Below are positions 39,163 through 53,477 of a stretch of 64,000 nt of DNA, one piece after another. Both the position numbers and the translations under genes were made by a program. How positions within the stretch are numbered: the first letter of the stretch is position 1; the number at the start of each line of letters is the position of its first letter. Source of the stretch: Eledone cirrhosa (taxonomy: Eukaryota); NCBI GenBank assembly GCA_964016885.1, contig OZ024745.1:84320001-84384000 (forward strand), written 5' to 3'. The notes below the pieces were generated by a model. That model did no database searches. It saw nothing but the letters and a program-made list of their open reading frames with translations, and had not been told where the DNA came from.

Positions 39163-39504
39163 TCTCATTGAGAACTTGTTCTTTCTCAGCTGAGCTGTTG
39201 TGCGTGCTAGAGAACGGATAGTGATATGACTACAAGATATGGTGATTAGTTGTGACATCCGTGGGCTCCTGCCAAACGAATAGACAACCCAGAACCAAAC
39301 AACGGTCAATTACTAGGGGACAAGAAACAATAGATAACATTTTTGGCTCTCAGGAAAACTCTCAAAACCCAGTGTGTAGTTGTAGAAGATATATGCCATG
39401 TTTCGTCCTATGAGATTTCTATAATTATTTTCATTTCTTCAGAAATTCTACTGTTTTGAAACAATTCTCGATTCTTTTGTTCAATAGAATTTTGCTGATT
39501 GTAT

Positions 39505-40572
39505 ATATGTATCTTGTTGTTTCTATATCTGTATCTTCCTGTTTGTATATCTGTATCTTCTTGTTTCTATATCTATATCTTCTTATTTCTATATCTATGT
39601 CTTCCTGTTTGTATATCTGTATCTTCTTGTTTCTATATCTATATCTTCTTGTTTGTATATCTGTATCTTCTTGTTTCTATATCTGTATCTTCTTATTTCT
39701 ATATCTATATCTTCTTGTTTCTATATCTATATCTTCTTATTTCTATATCTATATCTTCCTGTTTCTATATCTTCCCGTTTGTATATCTGTATCTTCTTAT
39801 TTCTATATCTATATCTTCTTGTTTCTATATCTATATCTTCTTGTTTCTATATCTGTATCTTCCTGTTTCTATATCTATATCTTCTTGTTTCTATATCTGT
39901 ATCTTCTTGTTTGTATATCTGTATCTTCTTGTTTCTATATCTATATCTTCTTGTTTGTATATCTGTATCTTCTTGTTTCTATATCTATATCTTCTTATTT
40001 CTATATCTGTATCTTCTTGTTTCTATATCTATATCTTCTTATTTCTATATCTATATCTTCCTGTTTCTATATCTATATTTCCTGTTTCTATATCTATATC
40101 TTCTTGTTTCTATATCTGTATCTTCCTGTTTGTATATCTATATCTTCCTGTTTCTATATCTATATCTTCTTATTTCTATATCTATATCTTCTTATTTCTA
40201 TATCTGTATCTTCTTATTTCTATATCTGTATCTTCTTGTTTCTATATCTATATCTTCTTATTTCTATATCTATATCTTCCTGTTTGTATATCTATATCTT
40301 CCTCTTTCTATATCTGTATCTTCTTGTTTCTATATCTATATCTTCCTGTTTCTATATCTATATCTTCTTATTTCTATATCTATATCTTCTTATTTCTATA
40401 TCTATATCTTCTTATTTCTATATCTATATCTTCTTATTTCTATATCTATATCTTCCTATTTGTATATCTATATCTTCGTGTTTCTATATCTATATCTTCT
40501 TATTTCTATATCTATATCTTCTTATTTCTATATCTGTATCTTCTTATTTCTATATCTATATCTTCTTGTTTG
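39505..40572. repeat. 22-bp minisatellite (GTTTCTATATCTATATCTTCTT), roughly 48 copies
   Basis: Direct inspection; 22-aa periodicity in the three stop-free frames. Confidence 0.95.
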
Positions 40573-40957
40573 TATGTTGACACTTATATTAACGTTTGAA
40601 AAGTCTGAGGAATATGTAATTTAGAAGCAATTTCACGTACAATATGATATTCCTGATAAATTGACACAATGATTCTCCAAACTTCATTTGAAATTCTGAT
40701 TCTCAGGTTGACCATGCCTGGTGTTAATAATACCGTTGATAAACACTTAATTTAAGTTGACAATAAACAAATTAATGTTAAAGGCGACATCGAAATCGAC
40801 GATGACGGAATGAAATTTGGTGATGACGTAATTGAGAAAGACGATAACGTAATTGAGATTGGCGATAACGAGATTGGGGTTGATAATGGGAAATTTGAAG
40901 AAGAAACTACATATGTGTTTCCAACCTTTGCTAACAAGGAAAATGGAAGTTAAATGT

Positions 40958-40990
<33 letters not shown>

Positions 40991-41155
40991 GGAGGAGGAG
41001 GAGGAGGATATACGAATGTATGTATATATCTGTTTGTTTTTTCTTTTATATTCTATTATAATATACGGCTCAGAAATATCTCTTTCTTAGAGCTATTTTG
41101 TTGTAAGAGACTATTTTGAGTTCCTAACTCAATATATACATTTAATATATATATA

Positions 41156-43819
41156 TCTATATATATATAAAACGGTAGATGTCTGTCTGTGTGTGTGTAT
41201 GATTTTTATGCATTTCCACATTTCTCTACCGATTTTGATGATTTTTTTTCCAATGTGCTCCAAATTTACCAAGTCAGGTCAACGCGTAATAATGTTTGTC
41301 AAAGATTTCCTGCTTCTATGAAAAAAAATCGATAAAACTAAATACATGCTGTAACCCTCTCTCTTACACGCTTCATTCCTCTCACTACTACCATCAAAAT
41401 ATATGAAACTACATACATGTTGCAACTCTCTTTAAAAAGGTTCATCCTTTCCTCTACTCCATCCTCAATCTCCTCTTCAACTCTCTTTAAAAGATTTATC
41501 ACTCTCTCTACTCCCCCCTCAATCTCTTCTGCAACTCTCTTTAAAAGGTTACTGCCTCCGTCTACTACTCTATCACCATTACAATTTAGAACAACGACAA
41601 AACTTCTTTTGAAGGAACGCGACACAAACTTTGAAACCTAAGCAACACAACAGCCATAGCTTTACTCTCTCCGTCGCTCTTCTCTCTATATATAATAGAT
41701 CATTCCCCCCTATTCGTTCGGGAACGCGAAAAAAACTTTGATAACTAAGCAACACATCATTTTATACAACAACAAACAGTCATAACGACACTCATACATC
41801 AAATATCAAAATTTAAAAAGCCGATAACACTAAATACATACTGCCCTCTCAACGTTACATTTTACTCACTTACATTTTACATCAAATAACAAATATTCAA
41901 AAGCAACAGATGAATTTATAAAACAACAAACGTAACAATAACGACGCTTAAGCATTTATTTACATGATTCTCAACAAAGACATATTTTATTGTTGTCCTT
42001 TTTGTAATTTTCTTTCTTTGTTTTTCTCAATATGAGACAAAAAATTAATGGGAACTTTTTTCACGGGATTCTATTCAAAGTCGGGACAATTATTGCTTTT
42101 GGTCAGGAGAAGGTCATGAAGCAAAAAAAATTCCAATCAATCAACAATAGGGGCAAAAATCGATCATGATCATTCCCCCTCTTTATAATTTAACTGCTTT
42201 ACTCTCTCTGTCGCTCTTCACTCCCTATATGACAACACAGCAGAGAGAGAAACAATGTATATGATCAAATGGAGCGTTCCGTATATTCCCCCTCTCTATA
42301 ATTTAACTGCTTTACTCTCTCTGTCGCTCTTCACTCCCTATATGACAACACTGCAGTGGAGCGTTCCGTATTGACATACGGCTTATCTGGGGCATTTTCA
42401 ATCGGCGTATTGCAAATATCAACCCACAAAATAACACTTCATATAACAGATTAATGTTATAGACATATGAATCGGAATGTAACCCGTGAACTTTTTCCTG
42501 GGCAAAATTATTCGAACAGACATGACCTCATTGCCAGAGTGTTCAGACTGAAACTGGTTAAACTCATGGCTTTAATCAAAAAGGTCAGGTATTTGGAGCT
42601 GTAAAATGTGACATGTTCACCGTCGAATGGCAAAAACGAGGGCTGCTACATGCTCATATTTTGATTTGGTTAGCTGATAAAATCAATTCAAATGCCATAG
42701 ACAGCTTCATTTCTGGCTGAAATCCCTAACCCAGCAACTGACCAGGAATTACATGACATCGTCAAAGGTAACATGATTCATGGTCCGTGTGCGTCGGGTC
42801 CTAATGAGCATCACACGTGTCTGAAAGGGGGGGGGTCGTGCAGTAAGGGATACCCCAAATAATTTGTTGACCAGACTCAGACTGGTGGCGACGGGTACCC
42901 CCTGTACAGGCGGAGACGGCCCGAGAACGGTGGCTTCACCACAACAGTAAGGGGAAGTCAAGTCGACAATAGATGGGTGGTCCTTTACTGCCCGCTTCTC
43001 TTGAAGATGTTCAACGCCCACATCAACGTTGAGTTTTGCAACTACGTCAAGTCGATAAAATACATATGCAAATATGTAAATAAGGGCTCTGATGCCGCAA
43101 TGTTCGCATTTCAATCTGAAAATAGCATGGACGAGGTCACAGAATACCTGGCGGGGCGGTACATCAGTAGCAATGAAGCTTTTTGGCGCCTATTTGGTTT
43201 ACCCCTACACCAACGTCACCCCGGCATCGTACAGCTTGCGGTACATTTGGAAAATGGGCAAAGGGTTTACTTTACGGACCAAACCGCCGCCAAGTTGGCC
43301 GCCGATCCGAAAGAGACCACTCTGATGGGTTTCTTCAAACTTTGCCAGTTCGATACATTTGCGCAAACAATTGTGTACTCCCAGGTTCCATCCTACTTTA
43401 TATGGTCGAAAAACACTTGGGTGCGAAGAAAGTCAGGTAAGGCTGCTGAAAGACATCCTGGTGTAAAATTTGACAGCTTGGAAGGGTTTACACTGTGCCC
43501 CCAAGTCAGCATGAGTGCTTTCATCTCCGCCTTCTTCTGCATGAAGTTGTAGGCCCACAAAGTTTTCAGGACATCAAAACTGTTGATGGAGAAATATGTG
43601 ATACGTACCGGCAAGCCTGCTTTAAGCGTGGTCTTTTGGAAGATGATTCGCAATGGGATTCCATTTTAGCAGAGGGTGCTTTGTTGAAATCACCTAAATG
43701 TCTACGGGAACTCTTTGCTATTTTGCTTCAAAAGTGTGAATTGGGTGATCCCAAATCTTTAAGGGTCAAGTACAGAGACTTCATGTCTGAGGACTTCCTG
43801 CGCCGGGCAGAACTGCTAG
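41156..43819 (+). mobile_element. Internally deleted Helitron with Rep-domain pseudogene (~42420-43800)
   Basis: 5' A|TCTATATATATAAAA...GTCTGTCTGTGTG and 3' GCGCCGGGCAGAACTGCTAG|T. Rep motifs RHDLIARVF, VEWQKRGLLHAHILIWL (HUH), MIHGPC, FNAHINVEFC..VKSIKYICKYVNKG, GRYISSNEAFWR, VHLENGQ. No helicase domain. Confidence 0.88.
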
Positions 43820-43999
43820 TATATATATAGGTGGGAGTATAAATATTCGCATATGTCTAAGTATACATATATACATATATATATATTATTAGAAATGGAA
43901 GCTATCGCCGTATTTTGACTAAAGAAATTAAAGAAATTATTTAGCCTGATAGTGGGGTTAAGAACCGTCGGAGAAATGGAAAATGATGAGTATTGACGT

Positions 44000-44591
<592 letters not shown>

Positions 44592-44593
44592 AT

Positions 44594-44611
44594 TGGTGAC
44601 CCGAACGTGAA
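44594..44611 (+). promoter_or_regulatory. Primer binding site, tRNA-Trp-like
   Basis: TGGTGACCCGAACGTGA two bases after the LTR, close to the complement of the tRNA-Trp 3' end (TGGTGACCCCGACGTGA). Confidence 0.78.
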
Positions 44612-44650
44612 TCGAACGCGCAACCAGACAGCACCTAAGAAAATATCAAC

Positions 44651-47600
44651 ATGGACATGTCACAAACGACAGAGGCCGAGATTTCAGAGCTGCGGGCTAT
44701 GATCAGAGAGCGGGCTGGTCAAATTAAAGCCCTCTCGAATCAAGTAGAGAACTTGACTTTTCAAATACACCGGCGACGCAGCAACAGTCGATCCAAGCCT
44801 TTTCACAGTCGAAGATCCAGTAGTCCCAGTCAAAATCGTGTGCCTGGCAACCTCTGCTGGTATCACACAAATTTCGGCGCACAGGCATTTAAGTGCAAAG
44901 CCCTGTGCTCTTTCCGGAATGCCACCCAGGGCCTGGCGACGACGTTCACCCCTGGTACTGAAAAGAAAATTCGTCTATTTTTTATTAACGACCAGGCGAC
45001 AGGCATCCGTTACCTCGTGGATACAGAAGCCCAGGTTAGTGTTATTCCTGTTTCACTAATCTCGGGCAAAAGACACCCAACCCCGTCCTTTCTGCAGGCA
45101 GTGAACCAATCGTCAATTCCGACTTTCGGGGAGAAGTCTCTGACCCTCAATTTAGGCCTGAGGCGGCATTATCAATGGGTGTTTGTCGTGGCAGACCTGC
45201 CGACCCCTATCCTAGGAGCCGATTTTCTCCACCACTTCAACCTTCTGGTGGATATGAAGAACCGGAGGCTTATTGATACCACCACAAACCTCACTGTGAG
45301 AGGTATATTTACCACGAATCCACAGTGGGCCCTGTAATTTCCCAGTCAGAGCCTTCGCGGTACAACGGCATTCTCCAGAAATACCCAGACATCACTCGCC
45401 CGGTATTTAAGGATGGTCCTATTAAGCATAGTGTCACGCACCACATCGAGACAAAGGGACCACCCACAGCTGCCCGACCAAGGAGACTGCCTCCAGACCG
45501 ATTGAGAATCGCCAAGCAGGAGTTCCAACACATGCTGGACCTCGGAATCATTCGCCCTTCCTCCTAGCAACTGGTCTGCACCCCTACACCTTGTTCCAAA
45601 AAAAAAACGAGAATAATTGGCGACCATGTGGGGATTATCGTGCACTTAACAATTCTACAGTGCCCGATAATTACCCTTTACCTCACCTGCACGATTTTTC
45701 CGCCTCTCTGCAAGGCGCACGTATCTTTTCCAAGGTAGATTTGGTGCGTGCATATAACCAGATACCTATGGAGCCTGCAGACATTCCGAAGACCGCAGTC
45801 ACAACACCGTTCGGTTTATTCGAATTTCTGCGAATGCCGTTCGGTCTGCGCAACGCTGCACAAACTTTTCAGCAGTTTATTGACACCGTGTTACGCGGTC
45901 TACCCTTCGTATATGCGTATATTGAAGACGTGCTGGTAGCAAGTACTTCCGAGCATGAACATGAGAAGCACTTAGATCTCCTTTTCCAACATTTGGCTGA
46001 GTACGGTATCATCATCAACCCTAGCAAGTGCCTTCTCGGCGTTCCTTCACTGTCCTTTCTCGGGCACATCATCGATAAAGACGGCATTCGTCCACTTCCC
46101 GAGAAAGTAGAAGCTATCCGCAGTTTTCCCGCACCTACATCACTTCGGAAACAGCGTGAATTCCTCGGTCTGGTGAATTTTTATAGGCGGTTTATCCCTC
46201 ATTGTTCCGACGCAGCCAGACTCCTCACGGACCTTCTTCGTAACCGGACTCGCAAAAACGAAGAGATCACTCTAAACGAGGAAGAATTAACATCTTTTAA
46301 CCGCCTGAAGGAAATGTTGGCAAACGCTTCCATGCTCGTTTTCCCCAGGTCTGGCGCTCCCCTTTCGCTGCTAGTGGACGCATCAGACACGGGGGTTGGA
46401 GGCGTTCTACATGTCGACGGCGTGTGGCAACATGTCGACAGCGTGTGGCAAGCCTCGTCCTTCTTTTCTAAGCGGTTGCAACCGGCAGAAACGAAATACA
46501 GTACCTTTGGCCGCGAACTCTTGGCAACCTATCTTTCGGTTTAGAATTTTCGGCACATGCTCGAAGGATCAGATTTCGTGATCTACACGGACCATAAACC
46601 ATTAATTTATGCGTTCCGTACTAAACCTGATCGACATTCACCGAGAGAACTCCGACACCTGGATTTTGTCTCCCAATATTCAACTGATATTCGGCATATC
46701 AAGGGATCAGACAACGTAGCAGCCGACGCCCTGTCCCGAATCCAGCTGAACGCAATACATGTGCATTCAGGCATCGACCTTCAACAGATCGCAGCTGAAC
46801 AAGAGACTGACGAAGAGTTTATCAAGCTCCGAGATTCGCCATCCCTCAAGTTTCAGCAAGTTCCCATTCCTTCTTCTCCGGGACAAATTTGGTGCGACCT
46901 TTCTACCGGTCATGAACAACCGTACGTACCACAGATGCATCGTCGACAAGTTTTTTCTGCTTTACACTGCTTGTCTCATCCGGGAATCCGGGCTACACAG
47001 AAACTCATCTCTGCTCGTGGTGTGTGGACTAACATTAACAAGGACGTGCGCGACTGGTCCAGGAGCTGCATTGCCTGCCAGAAAGCCAAAGTCCACAGAC
47101 ACATCAAAACTCCACTCGGCACATTCGCGCAACCTGATGCACGTTTTCATCATGTGCATATCGACTTCGTCGGACCGCTACCACCATCACAGAACTACAC
47201 ACATTTGCTCACCTGCATAGATCGATTTTCTCGTTGGCCTGAGGCTTTTCCCATAAATGATACCTCAGCGGAAACAGTCGCTAAAACTTTGGTTTTACAC
47301 TGGGTATCACGTTATGGCGCCCCAGCGAAGATAACAACGGACAGAGGACGCCAATTTGACTCCCACCTCTTCAGGGAACTGACTCGCCTGTTAGGATGTA
47401 AACACATCCGCACGACAGCTTATCACCCGCAAGCTAATGGTCTCGTGGAAAGATCCCATCGTCAATTGAAAGCTGCAATAAAAGCATATCCAGACAAGAC
47501 CCACTGGTTTGAATACCTACCACTCATCCTTCTGGGCATTCGATCCACCGTTAAAGAGGAATTCGGACACACACCTGCAGAATTAGTGTACGGCGCACCA

Positions 47601-48061
47601 CCCTGGTCCTACCTGGTCAGATGGTTGCTCCCATCTCTCCTCAGGATGTTCCAGACCCAGGATCATACGTACACCGTCTTCGACAATATATGTCTCACCT
47701 TGCTCCTGCAAGCACCCGTCAACAGAACACAGCCACACACGTACCTTCAGACATTAAAGATTGGACACACGTTTTCGTTCGAAACGACACCATCTCAGCT
47801 CATCTCCGACCTCCATATTCTGGCCCTTATCGTGTTCTAAAAAAATATCCGAAATATTTTATTCTCGATCTAGATGGTAAACAGAATTCTGTCAGCGTGG
47901 ACAGATTAAAAAAAGCCATCATGGATACTGTTACAGTCTCTACACCAGAAACTCCAACAGATTGCTGTCCCAGCGAGCCACCTGTTTCATCTCCAGTCAC
48001 GAGAAGCGGACGACGCGTCCATTGGCCCGCCAAGTTGGCACAATATGTGAATTACCGGTAA
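44651..48061 (+). pseudogene. gag-pol pseudogene (Gag C-terminus, protease, RT, RNase H, integrase)
   Basis: CWYHTNFGAQAFKCKALC; protease LVDTEAQVS (DTG altered); [31 protein letters not shown] (YIDD altered); [12 protein letters not shown]; IN H..SHPG...[40 protein letters not shown]. Stops and frameshifts near 45320, 45567, 46544, 47600. Confidence 0.95.
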
Positions 48062-48234
48062 CCACAAGTGAGTTTCTTAATCATTCTTCGTGCAAAACAT
48101 TTCCATTTTTCTTGTGTTTAGTATTTCTAGTTTCAAATACAATGAACTTTCTGCTTGAACAATTGCAATTTTTAGTGACCATGTGCTCATGTCACGAAGA
48201 ACATTATTTATAATGAACATTATTTATTACATAC

Positions 48235-48419
48235 AGGGCGGTGAATTGGCAGTATCGGTAGAGAGTTGGATTATGCTTTCCAGCATAGTTACGTCCCTTT
48301 ACGATCTGAGTTCAATTCCCGCCGAGGTTAACTTTGCCTTTCATCCTTACGGGGTCGATAAAATAAAGTACCAGTAATGTACTGGGATAAGTGCTGGCCT
48401 GTGCCAAAAAGTAGAAACA
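48235..48419 (+). mobile_element. SINE inserted in the Gypsy 3' region, 16-bp TSD
   Basis: TSD ATTATTTATTACATAC at 48219-48234 and 48420-48435. Confidence 0.92.
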
Positions 48420-49190
48420 ATTATTTATTACATACTCTATTTAAGAACAAACATTGTGTATATCATTGTGTATAACATTTTTTTTTCTTCACTCTCTTGT
48501 TTTGCAAAAATTTATATTTTTCTTGTTCTGTAACATTGATTGTGTAATTGCCATAATTTTTATATACATACAAGGCGTGTACATATCCTATTTTTCATGC
48601 ACACTCCAAAACCACGTTTGTTTCACCTTTTAGTTCATACACTGAGCAATAGATATTTGTGTCCCTCTAACTCTTACACTACAAAATGTTTTCTCTTTGA
48701 TCACGCATTTCACAAATCACAGCCTCAAAACACTGGCCTTCTTTTTTCACGTACACATTCACTCAATAGCTCGAGAATGCCTCGCTATTTTTTTTACCAC
48801 ATGCATTCGCTCAAGTCATATGCTGTGGAGCAAACTGTTACTTTTAGGCAGCATGCTTACGGCCATTCAGTTCACGCATAAGGTTATCTTCACTGCCCAG
48901 TTAGACTGTTTGTCACGCAATTCACAGGCAGCTCAACCCAAATTGCAACAGGCACATTCATCACGCCTGCATAAATCTGGTCAAAATCATTTCATAGTTT
49001 ATTTCTTTTTTCTCTTCCTGACACACACATCTTGCCATATCATCTCTACATCGACTCTGTCCTGTACTCGATGATCACAAAATTTCACAACGCGCTGGAC
49101 ACTCCTGGGGCTATTGTCATGACAATTACTGGCCCATAACTATACGATATTTCGCTCTTTTGTTGTACAAAAGATCTGGCAGGGGGATAA

Positions 49191-50636
<1,446 letters not shown>

Positions 50637-50839
50637 GTGTGTGTGTATATATACATATATATATACATATATATATATATTTATATATATACCTATATAT
50701 CTACATCAACATATATAGAAAACACACACACGTATATATATATATATACATAATTCTACATCATATCTACATAAATATCTACATAAATATCTACATAAAT
50801 ATATATATATATAGACAACACAGACGTATATATATATAC

Positions 50840-50878
<39 letters not shown>

Positions 50879-50906
50879 GATAGATAGAGAGAGAGAGAGA
50901 GAGAGC

Positions 50907-50969
<63 letters not shown>

Positions 50970-51099
50970 GTTTAAATGAAGAAGCATTAGGAAAATTAAA
51001 TATTGTGTGCTTCCTACCGCAAATGACCATAACAAGAGTCGATCATAATAAAGAGACAGGCGCACGGGTACTTAACACGTTTCCTCAACCACTATTTAT

Positions 51100-51237
51100 A
51101 ATTGTTTCTACTTTTGGCACAAGGCCAGCAATTATCCCAGTGCATTACTGGTACTTTATTTTATCGACCCCGTATGGAGGAAAGGCAAAGTTAACCTAGT
51201 CGGGATTTGAACTCAGAATGGCAAGGGCCGTAACTCT
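51100..51237 (-). mobile_element. 5'-truncated SINE
   Basis: Family core. Confidence 0.88.
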
Positions 51238-51362
51238 ATTTATAATGAGTGGCTATTAGTAAAGTCATCAGCATTGGGACGCGCACATTTCATATGTACA
51301 CTTGTATATATATACGCACACATATATATATATATAAACACACATTTATATATATGCATGTG

Positions 51363-51420
<58 letters not shown>

Positions 51421-51489
51421 TGATATATATATATATACACACATTTATATATATGTATGTGTATACACACATTTATATATATGTATGTG

Positions 51490-51526
<37 letters not shown>

Positions 51527-51578
51527 TTTATATATATGTATGTGTATTATATATCTATATATATATGTATATATATAT

Positions 51579-51672
<94 letters not shown>

Positions 51673-51768
51673 CATATATAGATATATAATACACATACAT
51701 ATATATAAATGTGTGCGTATATATATATATATATATATAATACACATACATATATATAAATACATTCA

Positions 51769-51803
<35 letters not shown>

Positions 51804-51805
51804 AA

Positions 51806-51954
51806 ATTATTTCTGAAGACGGCATATATATGTGTTTGGTATGTATATTTAATTTTGATAGTTTGTATAATTTTGTATAATTTTGTACATAGATCTGTTG
51901 AATATGCATGCCAATTCTAACACATATATATCCTAGAAACGATCGTTAAATAAT
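51806..51954 (+). ncRNA. Type I hammerhead ribozyme with a very long stem II
   Basis: attattt CTGAAGA cggc-atatatatgtgtt-tggtatgtatatt...aatatgcatgcca-attct-aacacatatatat-ccta GAAA cgatcg TT aaataat; insert between (TA)n tracts. Confidence 0.8.
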
Positions 51955-52148
51955 GAACTTTTTTGTTTAATATAAGGAACTGTTTCATTGTTTTTCATTA
52001 TTTTTTTAATATTTTATCTTGACTCTGTATTCCGTTTATCTTTCACCGAAAGTGATTTTTCATTGCATCTCTTCTTTCCATGATATCCGGATTACATTGA
52101 GTTCTTCATACGGATTGGACACTACCGTAAACTCTTGGTAGATTTATC

Positions 52149-52299
<151 letters not shown>

Positions 52300-52387
52300 T
52301 TATATATATTTATATATTTATATATTTATATATCTGAAAGACGGAAAATAAGAAAATTATAAAAATTAGATTATGTACTAAAATTTC

Positions 52388-52470
52388 ACTCCAACTAATT
52401 AGTTTCTGAAAGGGAATAAACATGGTTTCCGAATGGAACACGTGGGGAAGGCCTTTCGTCATCAGGAAGT
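52388..52470 (-). ncRNA. Type I hammerhead ribozyme
   Basis: Minus strand: acttc CTGATGA c-gaaagg-(~35 nt)-cctttc-a GAAA ctaattag TT ggagt; palindromic stem III. Confidence 0.8.
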
Positions 52471-52817
52471 CTATTCTCGGCAAAGTTCCCAGGCGATGCG
52501 TGGACACAGGGAACTTATACAAAAATAATTCAGTGGATGGAAAAAAGCAAGCGTGGACTAAATTCCAAGACATTGACAAAATCACTGCCTACTTGGTCGG
52601 TGGCAAATTCAAAAGAATCAATCACGTGACATCGAGGTTAATCAGTGAGGAGTGGGGTGTTAAGAAGACAGTCGAGTAGGTATGCATCTGTATATATATG
52701 TTGGTAGATATACTAATTCTTTATAATTATCTCCAAATTATTTTGTTGAGCAAACATTTGCCAAAACTTTACTATAGTTCATAGTAATAGTTCGGCTACT
52801 GTCTTCTTAACGCCCAC

Positions 52818-53464
52818 TGTACGTATGGATTCACCGAACATTTATTATAATGCTCCATATGTTTGTAAGCAAACATCCCTATTAAGATGTAGTGTCCAGC
52901 AACCATCGTTGCTCGTTTGTTCAACACTGAGCAAGGAACGCTGTAGTAGTTTCAAACTTCTTAGCTATCGTCATCAACGTATACCTTCCTGCCAGATTGT
53001 TGAACGTATATACTTACCTTATACATATTAACGACTGAGTAGCCCAATTTGCATATCGAGTGGGTTAATCGGCCGGCTGCATCGAAAACGATAAACGGAA
53101 ATACTGAATAGAAATTTCATTTCCCACTATTAGTACGGCTGTTACTTAAATATAAGTATGTATGCGTACATACATATATGTATACAGACGTACAGTAGTA
53201 TGTATATATATATACATGCATGCACACATATATATATGTACGTATGGATTCACCGAACATTTATTATGATGCTAGGTGTGTTTGTAAATAAACATCCCGT
53301 ATTAAGTCGTAGTGTCTAGCAACCACCGTTGCTCGTTTGTTCAACACTGACACAGGAACGCTATACTAGTTTCAAGCTTATTAGCTATCGTCAGCAACGT
53401 ATACCATCCTGCCAGATGATTGAACATCCGAAAGTATATACATTCATTATGCATATTAACGGCT
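52818..53464 (-). repeat. Inverted ~1.5 monomers of the 429-bp unit at the array's left edge
   Basis: Reverse complement of the unit; intact core TCGTCAG at 53388-53394, decayed core near 52968. Confidence 0.92.
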
Positions 53465-53477
53465 TAATAAGGGATGG

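Noticed and set aside
39456-40624. Three long hydrophobic ORFs (323-374 aa)
   Set aside because: Translation of a stop-free 22-bp minisatellite.
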